A stretch of 64,000 nt of DNA from an uncultured bacterium (lineage in GTDB: Bacteria > Patescibacteriota > Minisyncoccia > Phycocordibacterales > Phycocordibacteraceae): the NCBI GenBank assembly GCA_947085985.1, contig CAMTYL010000003.1:15826-79825 (forward strand), in the 5' to 3' direction. Every line of letters begins with the position of its first letter. Position 1 is the first letter of the stretch. The notes beneath the pieces are model-generated. The model had not been told where the DNA came from. It ran no database searches and saw only the letters and a program-made list of their open reading frames with translations. Below are positions 1 through 9,934 of this stretch, piece by piece. The position numbers and the translations under genes were made by a program.

Positions 1-2868
1 ACCCCGGTGGTGGTAGTTCCTCCAACTATCGTTCCTACATTTGATATGTGTATCAACATTGATGGTATTCAGACGCAGGTGCCAACGGGCATGCAGCGCA
101 CCAGCGATGCAAACTGTGTGACTATCTATGTCGCACCCGTCTGTACCCTTGTTGCAAATCCAACATCAATCCAGCTTGGCGGTTCTAGTACCCTTACCTG
201 GACCACCGACAACGCCACATCCGTATCTATAAATAATGGCGTGGGAAGCGTGAACGCTGATGGTTCCGTATCAGTCTCACCACTCTTCACCACTACCTAC
301 ACACTCACCGCAACCGGAGCAGGAGGAACCACTGTGGTGTGTCCTACGACCGTGACGGTGACTATTACACCACCACCACCACCGGCACCTACCTGTACGC
401 TCGTAGCCTCACCTACTGCTATTCAGACGGGTGGCTCAAGCATCCTTTCATGGACCACGCAGAACGCTGCATCCTTCTCTATTGATAAGGGCATCGGCCT
501 TGTAAGCCCACTTGCAAGCGGTTCACGCGTAGTGAGTCCAACGGTTACCACCACGTACACGGGAACTGTTGTGGGGACTAATGGCGCGGTCGTGCACTGT
601 ACAGCAAGTGTTACCGTCACTGCGACGCCACCACCACCTGGCCCCGTTTGTACACTGGTCTCTAATCCAACCATCATTCAAAACGGTGGAAGCTCTATCC
701 TTACCTGGACCACACAGAACGCTAACTCGTTCTCAATCAACCAGGGTATTGGTGCCGTCTCACCTGTCGTTGGTGGCTCTCGCTCAGTGAGCCCAACCGT
801 CACTACTACCTACACTGGTACGGCCACTGGTCCCACTGGTCAAACCGTCAACTGTTCGGCGACTGTTACCGTCACCAACGTGCCGCCACCTGCAGCACCT
901 GTCTGTACGCTCGTAGCTAACCCCACAGCCATTCAAAACGGCGGCACATCCGTGCTTACCTGGACCACCGAGAATGCAACCTCGTTCTCTATCAATCAGG
1001 GTATCGGTTCTGTTACTCCAGTAACTGGCGGATCTCGCAATGTCAGTCCAACTGTCACCACCACCTACACCGGTACTGCCACCGGAGCCGGAGGCACGGT
1101 TAACTGTACCGCTACGGTCACCGTAACAACGGTGCCACCCGCACCAGTCTGTACGCTCGTTGCTAACCCTGTAGCGGTTCAGCAGGGAGGCTCAAGCACC
1201 CTCACCTGGACCACACAGAACGCAACGTCGTTCTCAATTAATCAGGGAATCGGAGCACAGAACGCAGTCTCAGGAGGCTCACACCTGGTGACTCCAGCGA
1301 ACACGACCACCTACACCGGAACAGCTACGAGTGCGACGGGTCAAACCGTCACCTGTGCTGCTACGGTCACGGTGACAAGCACTCCGCCGCCAGCAGCGCC
1401 TATTTGTACGCTTGTTGCAAATCCGAGCTCGGTTCAGCAGGGAGGCTCAAGCACCCTCACCTGGACCACACAGAACGCAACGTCGTTCTCTATTGACCAG
1501 GGAATTGGAGCAGTTGCAACCGTGTCAGGAGGTTCTCAGTCAGTTACGCCAGCAAACACAACCACCTACACCGGAACCGCAACGGGTCCTGGAGGAACAG
1601 TCACCTGTGCAACTACGGTGACGGTGACCGTCGTGCCACCAGCACCTCAGTGTGTACTTACTGTCTCACCTACGTCGGTGGTGAAGGGAGGCACCGCGTC
1701 TCTCTCATGGAGCGGCACCAACATCGCGAGCGTCATTATTGACCAGGGCATCGGTGCAAAGGGTGCAACGGGCTCGGTGAACGTGTCTCCAGAGACTACG
1801 ACCACCTACACCGGTACCTTTACTGCCAATAACGGACAGACACTCTCATGTGCTGCAACGCTTCAGATTACCAATGACAATGGTGTATGTACCGAGAACT
1901 GTGGTGGTGGAGGAGGTGGAGGTAGCCGCAACCCGCGCGTTGTCCTCTCATCTCTAAAGATTGCTGACGACCAGCCTCTTGCCTTCGTGTACCTCTCTGA
2001 GGTTCCCTACACTGGTCTTGATCTCGGTCCTGTGGGCACCGCATTCTACTGGGCAATGATTGCACTGTGGAGCTTTGCCGCTGCCTACCTTGTCTTCTTC
2101 AACGCGCTTCCATTCGCATACCGCCGTATTGGACGCTTTGGAGAGAGTGTGAAGGACGTGCTAAATCAGCCAGCGCCAGTGCACCAGGTTATGGAAAGCG
2201 CACCAGCTCACGCGCCAGCAAAGCCTGCGCACGCACCCGCAGCAAGTCACGGACATGCGCCAGTACACGGAGCACACCACGCACCAGTTGAGCACAAGGC
2301 TCCAGTGGTTGAGCATGACGGATTCCGTGCATACGCGTCAGGTGAGACACTCACCATCGACGACATTGTGAAGGGTCTTGCGCGCGAAGCAGCTGCAAAC
2401 CCAACTGCGTCAGCACACTCACTTACTCCTGCATTTGTGGCAGCAGTAGAGGAGTCAGTGTACGTACCAGCACCAGTACAGGTTGCGCAGGAGGCACCAA
2501 CCCCTCGTCCTATGGCAGAGGCTGCGCACGCAACTCCGTTCAACGAGGACGTTCGTACCTTCATTGAGGCGCTCCTTCGTGGAGACCGCGAGAGTGTGTT
2601 TGGAACCATCCGTGGCATCACCCGAAACGGTGGCGACTCGGAGGCATTCCTCACCCATGCAGTCTGCGCACTTGATGATGCATACCGCTCACGTGTAGAC
2701 GGCTCTACCTGTCACCCAGACATTCTTGCCGTAACCGCAGATTGCCACCCATCATTCCTGGAGCGTGTCGTAACGTCACTCACCACTGCAGTTGATGGTA
2801 GCTACTCTACGGGAATTACGGGAGTGAAGTTGGCATTGACGCGCGCACTCGCCGTCGTAAACGGGTAA
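1..2868 (+). CDS. Large surface protein (5'-partial): about 7 Cys-bracketed ~85-aa Ig/PKD-like repeats, VPYTG motif, TM helix, C-terminal cytoplasmic domain
   Basis: Frame open from base 1; repeats 'APVCTLVANP..GGSSTLTWTT.NA.SFSI.QGIG...TTTYTGTATG..G.TV.C.ATVTVT'; 'VYLSEVPYTG' then hydrophobic AFYWAMIALWSFAAAYLVFF. Confidence 0.85.
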   Translation, partial: TPVVVVPPTIVPTFDMCINIDGIQTQVPTGMQRTSDANCVTIYVAPVCTLVANPTSIQLGGSSTLTWTTDNATSVSINNGVGSVNADGSVSVSPLFTTTYTLTATGAGGTTVVCPTTVTVTITPPPPPAPTCTLVASPTAIQTGGSSILSWTTQNAASFSIDKGIGLVSPLASGSRVVSPTVTTTYTGTVVGTNGAVVHCTASVTVTATPPPPGPVCTLVSNPTIIQNGGSSILTWTTQNANSFSINQGIGAVSPVVGGSRSVSPTVTTTYTGTATGPTGQTVNCSATVTVTNVPPPAAPVCTLVANPTAIQNGGTSVLTWTTENATSFSINQGIGSVTPVTGGSRNVSPTVTTTYTGTATGAGGTVNCTATVTVTTVPPAPVCTLVANPVAVQQGGSSTLTWTTQNATSFSINQGIGAQNAVSGGSHLVTPANTTTYTGTATSATGQTVTCAATVTVTSTPPPAAPICTLVANPSSVQQGGSSTLTWTTQNATSFSIDQGIGAVATVSGGSQSVTPANTTTYTGTATGPGGTVTCATTVTVTVVPPAPQCVLTVSPTSVVKGGTASLSWSGTNIASVIIDQGIGAKGATGSVNVSPETTTTYTGTFTANNGQTLSCAATLQITNDNGVCTENCGGGGGGGSRNPRVVLSSLKIADDQPLAFVYLSEVPYTGLDLGPVGTAFYWAMIALWSFAAAYLVFFNALPFAYRRIGRFGESVKDVLNQPAPVHQVMESAPAHAPAKPAHAPAASHGHAPVHGAHHAPVEHKAPVVEHDGFRAYASGETLTIDDIVKGLAREAAANPTASAHSLTPAFVAAVEESVYVPAPVQVAQEAPTPRPMAEAAHATPFNEDVRTFIEALLRGDRESVFGTIRGITRNGGDSEAFLTHAVCALDDAYRSRVDGSTCHPDILAVTADCHPSFLERVVTSLTTAVDGSYSTGITGVKLALTRALAVVNG
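1175..1490 (+). repeat. Exact 61-bp direct repeat (1175-1235 and 1430-1490) in adjacent Ig-like repeats
   Basis: cggttcagcagggaggctcaagcaccctcacctggaccacacagaacgcaacgtcgttctc occurs twice. Confidence 0.9.
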
Positions 2869-2984
2869 CCACGCAATAGACCTCATCTACGTTGTTGCGA
2901 AGTCAGAAATGTTTGTCGTCGTACACACTCGTACGCCTCCAAACATTTCCTCTTCGCGCCTAGTATCTGAGGCCTCTTGCGCGG
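2869..2984 (-). repeat. Structured hairpin element, copy A
   Basis: Minus strand: ..ctca GA TAC TAGGC gcgaag..GAGGCGTAC gagtgt GTACGACGA..cttcgc AACAAC GTA GA tgag.. Confidence 0.8.
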
Positions 2985-2988
2985 CTAC

Positions 2989-3024
2989 AAAAAGAAAGCT
3001 CTCCCTAGGGAGAGCTTTCTTTTT
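2989..3024 (+). terminator. Rho-independent terminator
   Basis: aaaagaaagctctccc-ta-gggagagctttctttt. Confidence 0.85.
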
Positions 3025-3095
3025 GTCTATCTGGGCGTATAGTCCAGGCAGGGAAGCAACGACTTTCCAAGTACTAGTCTCAAGGAGGAGACGCT

Positions 3096-3248
3096 ATGCC
3101 ACCAACTGAAAACAGGGGCTCGGAGCTCATACTTCTCCTAGCTCTTCTGGGTGCGGCGGGCCTGCTCATCGTCACTGTCGTGAACAAGTCGTTTGAGTAC
3201 GAAACGCCCTATGACAACCGCATAATGGCATCGCTTACTCGGCACTAA
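3096..3248 (+). CDS. 50-aa single-TM orphan peptide (below ORF-track cutoff)
   Basis: SD AAGGAGGAG just upstream of ATG 3096; MPPTENRGSELILLLALLGAAGLLIVTVVNKSFEYETPYDNRIMASLTRH*; GC hairpin plus T-run at ~3268-3302. Confidence 0.7.
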   Translation: MPPTENRGSELILLLALLGAAGLLIVTVVNKSFEYETPYDNRIMASLTRH

Positions 3249-3344
3249 GTCGGGAAGCGGAAACTGAAAACGCCGACCCCTGTGGGCCGGCGTTTCTTCT
3301 TTACGCCGCACAGAGCATACGTATTCGCCCCGCAGTTATTTATA

Positions 3345-3390
3345 GTGAAATTCAAAACACTACCATATATGGTAGTGTTTTGAATTTCAC
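3345..3390. repeat. 46-bp perfect palindrome between convergent genes
   Basis: gtgaaattcaaaacactaccata|tatggtagtgttttgaatttcac. Confidence 0.95.
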
Positions 3391-3399
3391 ATTTCAGTT

Positions 3400-5142
3400 T
3401 TATGCTCGGTTGCGAATCTCTTCGGCAACACGCGTTGCAAACAATTCTAGATTTTCTGGCTCCTGCTTGCCGTTGTCGCGACTTTCAATAGACACGGTGC
3501 CAGCAGCTGCTTCAGCGTCACCAACCACCAGTACGTACGGGGTCTTCTGCATCTTGCTAGCTCTAATGCGTTTTCCAAGAGACTCGTTAGCGTCAACTTC
3601 TGCACGAATTCCCTGCGCGGTGAGGGCTGCTAGTACTGTTGCTCCGTATTCCGCGTGCTTCTCAGACACCGGAAGAATCTGCACTTGCACAGGGGAGAGC
3701 CAGGTAGGGAATGCACCTGCGTAGTGCTCTATCAAGAAGCCAATAAAGCGTTCATGAGTGCCAAGGGGTGCTCGGTGAATTACCGCAGGCACTTTTCTCT
3801 CTCCATCCTGGTCCACATACTCAAGTCCAAAGCGCTTTCCCATGAACAGGTCAAGCTGATTGGTAGAAGCAGTAAATGAGCGGCCAATAGAGGAGTAAAT
3901 CTGGAAGTCCATTTTTGGCCCATAAAACGCAGCACCTTCGTGCACTACCTTGTACGGCACGCCAGACTTCTCCATTGCCTCAATAGTCATCTGTTCTGCG
4001 TCTTTCCAGTCTTGTTCATCACCGTGGTACTTATCCATCTTCTTTGGGTCGCGCAACGCGAGCTCCATCTCATAGTTCTTGATACCAAGGGTCTTGTAGT
4101 AGTACTCGTGCAGCTGAATTACCCGTACAAACTCTTCAACCGCATGCTCTTTCTGAATATAAATGTGAGCATCATTCATTTGCATGCCACGTACGCGCAT
4201 AAGGCCGAAGAGACTACCAGAATCTTCATATCGGTGGCACCACCCGTATTCAGCGTAGCGAACAGGGAGGTCGCGGTAACTCTTCGGACGAGCAGAAAAA
4301 GCACGGTGATGGAACGGACAATTCATTGGCTTTATGTAGTAGTTCTCCTCTTCAATTTGAAGCGGCGCGTACATGCTGTCCTTGTACAGCGGAAGGTGTC
4401 CTGATGTGTAGAAGAGGTCTTCCTTGGTGATGATGGGCGTAGTAATACGCTGGTACCCCCATGCAGACTCCGTTTCCTTCGCCCAGTCCTCAAGCGCCTC
4501 CTTTATGATGTTTCCTTTTGGAAGCCATATAGGCAGACCCTTACCAATTGCTTCATCAAAAGTGAATAGGTCTAGCTCTTCGCCGAGTTTGCGGTGGTCG
4601 CGCTTCTTTGCCTCCTCCTGCATCGCTACGTGCGCCTCAAGCTCTTCTTTTGTTTCAAAGGCAAGTCCCACGATGCGGGTAAGCATTGCGTTCTTCTCAT
4701 CTCCGCGCCAGTACGCACCTGCAATACGCTCAAGACTAAAAGAGTCAGCCGCAAGCTCGTGCGAAGGATTCTCTGTGTGGCCACCACGACACAGGTCGGT
4801 GAATCCTCCCGAGGTGTAGAGGGTGATGGTTTCGCCAGAGGCCACAATGCCATCAATAAGTTCTAGCTTGTAGGGATTGTCTGCAAAGCGAGCGCGAGCG
4901 TCAGTCTCAGACACCTCAACTCCCTGCATGCCCTCCCAAGACGGCAGCATCTGGCGCATAGCTTCCTCAAGGCTAGCCAAGTCTGCTTCGCCAGGAGCCT
5001 CGCCTCCACTGAAGTCAAAATCGTAGTAAAAGCCGGTATCAATAGCCGGGCCTATGGTTGGCTTCGCGTGCGGGTAGCGCTCAAGCACGGCGCTTGCGAG
5101 TAAGTGGGCGAGGGTGTGACGCTTTTCTTCTAGGGATGCCAT
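3400..5142 (-). CDS. thrS: Threonine--tRNA ligase (no N-terminal TGS domain)
   Basis: RHTLAHLL, DLCRGGH, RDHRKLG, KPMNCP, GAAFYGPK, IHRAPLGTHERF. Confidence 0.97.
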   Translation of the reverse strand: MASLEEKRHTLAHLLASAVLERYPHAKPTIGPAIDTGFYYDFDFSGGEAPGEADLASLEEAMRQMLPSWEGMQGVEVSETDARARFADNPYKLELIDGIVASGETITLYTSGGFTDLCRGGHTENPSHELAADSFSLERIAGAYWRGDEKNAMLTRIVGLAFETKEELEAHVAMQEEAKKRDHRKLGEELDLFTFDEAIGKGLPIWLPKGNIIKEALEDWAKETESAWGYQRITTPIITKEDLFYTSGHLPLYKDSMYAPLQIEEENYYIKPMNCPFHHRAFSARPKSYRDLPVRYAEYGWCHRYEDSGSLFGLMRVRGMQMNDAHIYIQKEHAVEEFVRVIQLHEYYYKTLGIKNYEMELALRDPKKMDKYHGDEQDWKDAEQMTIEAMEKSGVPYKVVHEGAAFYGPKMDFQIYSSIGRSFTASTNQLDLFMGKRFGLEYVDQDGERKVPAVIHRAPLGTHERFIGFLIEHYAGAFPTWLSPVQVQILPVSEKHAEYGATVLAALTAQGIRAEVDANESLGKRIRASKMQKTPYVLVVGDAEAAAGTVSIESRDNGKQEPENLELFATRVAEEIRNRA

Positions 5143-5196
5143 ATAAAGGGAGAATACCACATTCGGACAATTCAGCGGGCAACTAGAGTCCTGGCA

Positions 5197-8100
5197 CTAC
5201 AGCGCCTTCAAATTCTCTACAGTAAGGGAAATCTCGCCATTTCGGTTTGATACCTGTGCCTTAAGGAGGAGGCAAGTGCCGGTACTAATAAGGGCTGCGT
5301 GCTCCTTGTAGAGCTTCGGGAAAATAACGCCTTCAATACTCATGGACTTGTCTTCAAATTTTACAAAGGCCATCTTGTCACCCTTTTTAGTTAGAATCGG
5401 ACGGGACTCCAGTACCAGTACCGGAAGTATAACGGTCATACCAGCTTTCGGGTCTTCCAGAATCTCTTTAATAGAAATGCCCGCTTTGCCTGTCTTTTCA
5501 GTGTAGCTATCAAGCGGATGGCCGGATACGTAGATACCAAGGAGTTCCTTCTCCCATATGAGTTTGTCGGTGAGGGTGGTCTCGTGCGTGTCAGCAGGCA
5601 GTGTGAGAACTGGCGCGGTAGAAATAAGGGAACCAAAGAGCGAGTCCTGCGGCGCGGTTGCGGTTGCGTCCCGATGGAACGCGAGCAGTGTTTCAATATG
5701 CGTCATCAAGTGCGCGCGGCTACCAAAGCTGTCCAGGGCTCCACACTTAATTAAACTCTCAAGCGACTTCTTGTTCAGGTTTTTGCTTCCGATACGCGCC
5801 AGGAAATCAGAGAGGGAAGTAAATGGTCCGCTTTTAGTACGCTCAGCGATGATTGCTTGCGAAATTCCTTCGCCAAAGTTCTTGATGGACGTGAGTCCGA
5901 ATCTAATAGCATTTACTCCCGTCCCCTGGGCTTGTCCCGTTAGAAATGCACCGTCCTCGGAGCTAATTTCTAATGGGGTGAAGTCCGCACCACTCTCATT
6001 GATGTCTGGGGGAAGAACGGGAATGTTCAAGCGGTCTGACTCTGCCACTAAAATGGCGATGGATTCGGTGTCGCCCGCGTCAGCAGTGAGTAGGGCTGCC
6101 ATGTATTCCACCGGGTAGTTAGCTTTTAGATACGCCGTCTGATACGCCACCTTTCCGTAGCACGCAGCGTGTGCCTTGTTGAACCCGTACGCAGCAAACG
6201 GCTCAATCAACTTCCAAATCTGGTCTGCTTTTGCGGGCGAAAGCTTTCCGTACTCAATGAACCCTTGCAAGAGCTTTTCCTTCTGGATTTCCATCTCTGC
6301 AGGAATCTTCTTTCCCATCGCCTTGCGCAAGTTGTCTGCTTCAAGCCAAGAGTATCCGCCAAGGGTGATTGCTGTTAGAAGCACGTCGTCCTGGTACACC
6401 AAGAGGCCGTACGACATATCAAGGTAGTCCTTCATGCGCTCGTCCAGATAGCTAACCAGGCGAGGGTTTCGCTTGCGTTCAATGTACTGCGGAATCGCTT
6501 CCATCGGGCCAGGGCGATACAGCGCCACCATCGCGTTGATGTCGTGAATGGTGGTGGGGCGCAGTTCCTTCAAGTAGCGCGTCATGCCCGAACCGTTCAA
6601 CTGGAACGTGCCTTCCGTTTCTCCTCGAGCCAACATCTGGAAGGTCGTCTCGTCGTCCATCGGGATGTTTTCAATATCAATTTCTACTCCCCTGCCTTCT
6701 TTAACGCGCGCGACAGCGTCGGCAATGATAGCCAGGTTTTTGATACCAAGGAAGTCAAACTTCAGAAGTCCTACGTCTTCTACTGCATGCATGTCGTACT
6801 GTGTGATGAGCTTGCCTGTCTTCTGGTCCACCTGAAGCGGTGTCCAGCAGGTGAGCGGCGTAGGAGAAATCACCACGCCCGCAGCGTGCACTCCTGTGTG
6901 GCGTGCACAGCCTTCAATGCGCATCGCAAGGTCCAAAATCTCGCGCGACTCGTCGTCCCCGTCGTAGAGTTCCTTCAACTCTGGCTCCAGCTCAAGGGCG
7001 TGCGTAATCGTCATGGGGAATCCCTGGCTTCCCATAGGAATCAGCTTTGCGAGGCGGTCTCCGGTGCGATATGCGTGCCCCAGCGCACGCGACACGTCGC
7101 GCACAGCAGCACGCGCCATCATCGTTCCAAAGGTACCAATCTGTGCAACATGGTCGTCGCCATACTTTGCCTTCGCGTATGCAATCATTTCGTCGCGCCG
7201 ATTATCGGCAAAGTCCATATCAATATCCGGCGCCTTTGGTCGTTCGGGGTTTAGGAAGCGCTCAAACGGCAACTTGTAGGCAAGTGGGTCCACGGTAGTT
7301 ATGCCGTTTAGATACGACACCAGGGAACCTGCGGCCGAACCGCGCGTGGTAGCGAGGATTCCAACCGACTTTGCATACTCAAGCAGGTCTGACACCGCTA
7401 GAAAGTACGGCGCAAAGCCTTTACCGTTAATAACTTCTAGTTCGTACTCAATACGCTTTACCACTTCTTCCGACTCTTCCAGTCCGCGTGTCTTGATACC
7501 CGCATAGGTGCGCTCGCGCAGCATCTCCTCGTACGTCTTTCCTTCGTCCGGAGCGAGCGCAGGGAAGTTCCAGCTCCCAAGAGTAAGGGTGACGTTGCAC
7601 CGGTCTGCAATCTCGCCCGAGCGGTACACCGCGTCAGGAATATCCTTGAACCAGGAGAGCATTTGCTCTTGTGTCGTAAATGAAAAGTCCTCTCCTTCGT
7701 TGCGACCCTTTTCGCCCCCATGCCCAATGCGACGCATCACTTCGGTCGCTTCGTGGTCGTCGGGGTGCAGGTAGTACACGTCGTGCTGTGCGACGAGCGG
7801 CACGCCCTCCTTGTCCGCAAGCTCGCGCAATTGTTGCATGCGCTTCTCGTGCCCCTCTACGCGCGGGTGATGACTCACCTCAATAAATAGGTTTCCCTCG
7901 CCAAATATACTTTTGTACTCAGCAAGTGCGGCCGCTGCACCGTTCAGGTCCCCCGCTCGAATCGCTTGTACTACTGAACCTGCAAAAGAGGGGATGATAG
8001 CAATAAGCCCCTCCGAGTGCTCGCGCAATATCTCCATATCAATGCGCGGACGCTCAAAGAATCCTTCGGTAAAGGCAATACTCACGAGCTTCATCAAATT

Positions 8101-8403
8101 CAAATAGCCCGTGTTGTTCTCTGCAAGCAGCACCAGGCGCGAGCGTCTACTCTCTGCGTGTGGGTCGCGTTCGTGGCGAGAGTTTGGCGCAACGTACGCG
8201 TCCACACCAATGATGGCTTTCAATCCCTGCTTCTCGCATTGCTTATACAGCTCAACCGCGCCGTGCATGTTGCCCGCGTCAGTAAGTCCAATTGCGTCCA
8301 TGCCGTGCTTCTTTGCCTCTTTTACAAGTGCGGGCACTTTCGGGAGCGCCTGGAGGAAGCTGTAGTGGGAGTGGGTGTGGAGGTGGATAAAACGCTCGCT
8401 CAT
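5197..8403 (-). CDS. dnaE: DNA polymerase III alpha subunit
   Basis: PHP HLHTHSHYS, RGSAAGSL, PDIDMDF, YGFNKAHA, C-terminal OB fold. Confidence 0.98.
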   Translation of the reverse strand: MSERFIHLHTHSHYSFLQALPKVPALVKEAKKHGMDAIGLTDAGNMHGAVELYKQCEKQGLKAIIGVDAYVAPNSRHERDPHAESRRSRLVLLAENNTGYLNLMKLVSIAFTEGFFERPRIDMEILREHSEGLIAIIPSFAGSVVQAIRAGDLNGAAAALAEYKSIFGEGNLFIEVSHHPRVEGHEKRMQQLRELADKEGVPLVAQHDVYYLHPDDHEATEVMRRIGHGGEKGRNEGEDFSFTTQEQMLSWFKDIPDAVYRSGEIADRCNVTLTLGSWNFPALAPDEGKTYEEMLRERTYAGIKTRGLEESEEVVKRIEYELEVINGKGFAPYFLAVSDLLEYAKSVGILATTRGSAAGSLVSYLNGITTVDPLAYKLPFERFLNPERPKAPDIDMDFADNRRDEMIAYAKAKYGDDHVAQIGTFGTMMARAAVRDVSRALGHAYRTGDRLAKLIPMGSQGFPMTITHALELEPELKELYDGDDESREILDLAMRIEGCARHTGVHAAGVVISPTPLTCWTPLQVDQKTGKLITQYDMHAVEDVGLLKFDFLGIKNLAIIADAVARVKEGRGVEIDIENIPMDDETTFQMLARGETEGTFQLNGSGMTRYLKELRPTTIHDINAMVALYRPGPMEAIPQYIERKRNPRLVSYLDERMKDYLDMSYGLLVYQDDVLLTAITLGGYSWLEADNLRKAMGKKIPAEMEIQKEKLLQGFIEYGKLSPAKADQIWKLIEPFAAYGFNKAHAACYGKVAYQTAYLKANYPVEYMAALLTADAGDTESIAILVAESDRLNIPVLPPDINESGADFTPLEISSEDGAFLTGQAQGTGVNAIRFGLTSIKNFGEGISQAIIAERTKSGPFTSLSDFLARIGSKNLNKKSLESLIKCGALDSFGSRAHLMTHIETLLAFHRDATATAPQDSLFGSLISTAPVLTLPADTHETTLTDKLIWEKELLGIYVSGHPLDSYTEKTGKAGISIKEILEDPKAGMTVILPVLVLESRPILTKKGDKMAFVKFEDKSMSIEGVIFPKLYKEHAALISTGTCLLLKAQVSNRNGEISLTVENLKAL

Positions 8404-8464
8404 GTCTCTAGGATACCAAACTTAGAACGGAACACCTTACCAGGCATTTTGGTATGCTCTACCT

Positions 8465-9058
8465 ATGAAGTACCTGGTAGGGATTGATGAAGCGGGGCGC
8501 GGACCACTGGCAGGGCCGGTGGCTGTGGGGGTAGCGCGTGTCGCGGAAGGGTACGACGTATTGGAGGCTTTTCCCGGATTAAACGATTCCAAAAAGCTCA
8601 CCGAGAAAAAGCGCGACGCGCTGTTTGAGATATTGCAGGCGGAAGTTTCTGCGGGGAATGTGCGAGTGCGGGTATGTCTTTCAAGCGAGAAGGTCATAGA
8701 CGAAAAGGGAATTGCGTACGCGATACGCTCGGCTCTTTCTCGGGGGCTAGAAGCGTTGTTGCCAGACCCTGCCGAAGGGAAAGTGCTTCTTGATGGGTCG
8801 CTTAAGGCACCGAAAGAATACGAGCAAGAAACAATTATAGGAGGAGACGGAAAAGAGCCCGTCATTATGCTCGCCGCGCTTGCAGCAAAAGTGACGCGTG
8901 ACAGACTCATGATTAAGCTCGCGAAAGAGTACCCGCAGTACGGATTTGAGGGGCACAAAGGATACGGAACGAAAGCGCACATATCTGCCATTCATGAATA
9001 TGGTGTGTGCGTTATCCACCGCAAAAGTTTCATTCACTTTGACAACGGTGCTAAATAA
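8465..9058 (+). CDS. rnhB: Ribonuclease HII
   Basis: GIDEAGRGPLAGPV, DSKKL, AKVTRD, HKGYGT. Confidence 0.97.
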   Translation: MKYLVGIDEAGRGPLAGPVAVGVARVAEGYDVLEAFPGLNDSKKLTEKKRDALFEILQAEVSAGNVRVRVCLSSEKVIDEKGIAYAIRSALSRGLEALLPDPAEGKVLLDGSLKAPKEYEQETIIGGDGKEPVIMLAALAAKVTRDRLMIKLAKEYPQYGFEGHKGYGTKAHISAIHEYGVCVIHRKSFIHFDNGAK

Positions 9059-9067
9059 GCGCATAAT
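9039..9067 (+). promoter_or_regulatory. sigma70 promoter of Cys-rich orphan, overlapping the rnhB 3' end
   Basis: TTGACA-17 nt-CATAAT. Confidence 0.75.
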
Positions 9068-9103
9068 AACAACTTGTGCTAATAAAAAAGTTGGGAGGAA
9101 ATA

Positions 9104-9349
9104 ATGGGCTGTGGTTGTAGCTCTTTGCACTACGACAAAGCGCGCCAGCGCGCACCTGCTTTGCTTCAGGCCGGATTTACGGCCTGCGTGAAGAATGGTG
9201 ATGCGTGTACCTGTTCGAGCACTCTTGTTGAGCTGCCCGAACCGAAGTACGGCATTTCTGTCGGAATAAAATGCAGCCGTCGCGGGCCGGACCCCGTGAT
9301 CGCTGCCGAAGTGCGCTCCTGTAAGCGCTTCAAGGCCCACTCTCCCTGA
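9104..9349 (+). CDS. Cys-rich 81-aa orphan protein
   Basis: SD GGGAGG, own promoter, downstream hairpin cgcccgg..ccgggcg plus T-run; 7 Cys. Confidence 0.7.
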   Translation: MGCGCSSLHYDKARQRAPALLQAGFTACVKNGDACTCSSTLVELPEPKYGISVGIKCSRRGPDPVIAAEVRSCKRFKAHSP

Positions 9350-9433
9350 AGAGTGACGCCCAAACGCCCGGATCTTCAGAACGAAGACCCGGGCGGTTGC
9401 TTTTTATAGCCCAAATGGTAAGGTAGGCTCTAT

Positions 9434-9793
9434 ATGTCAGTACGAATGCGCCACACCAGTTCCCATACTAAAAACCGCCGAAGCCACCACGCTCTCGTGG
9501 AGGGGGCTATCGTAAAGGATAAGGAGTCAGGCGCACTACGCCTCCCACACCGTATTGATGAGACCACCGGTATGTATCGTGGCAAGCAAATTGTACCTAA
9601 GAAGGAAGTAAAGGCAGAGAGCAAGAAGCGCCAGGCACGCATTGAAGCTCACGAGCACGAGGACAAGACTATCGGTACCAAGGATCCAATTCACGTGGAA
9701 GACGTGACGGAGAAGAAGGCAGGCAAGGGTCTTGCAGGACGCATGCAGCTGGGCAAGGCAAAGAGTCGCTCAGGTTTCGGTGGCGGTGCTTAG
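9434..9793 (+). CDS. rpmF: 50S ribosomal protein L32 (Zn-free type) with long C-terminal extension
   Basis: [25 protein letters not shown]...GMYRGKQI; lies before nusB-rnc-smc. Confidence 0.85.
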   Translation: MSVRMRHTSSHTKNRRSHHALVEGAIVKDKESGALRLPHRIDETTGMYRGKQIVPKKEVKAESKKRQARIEAHEHEDKTIGTKDPIHVEDVTEKKAGKGLAGRMQLGKAKSRSGFGGGA

Positions 9794-9915
9794 GTTTTCC
9801 TAAAATCACAGCATCTGCGTTGTTAAGGAGCCTCCACGGCTCCTTCTTCGTACTATAAGTACGATTCAGTCGCCGTTTCCTCCTTGCCTAGCATCTGCTG
9901 CAATTTTCCAAAAAC
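9794..9915 (-). repeat. Structured hairpin element, copy B
   Basis: Minus: cagca GA TGC TAGGC aaggag..GAATCGTAC ttata GTACGAAGA..ctcctt AACAAC GCA GA tgctg. Confidence 0.75.
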
Positions 9916-9934
9916 CTCTGCTCTCTAGTGAGGA

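Noticed and set aside
120-1870. Regular repeats suggesting a CRISPR array or DGR
   Set aside because: They are in-frame protein domain repeats with no spacer structure, cas gene or reverse transcriptase.
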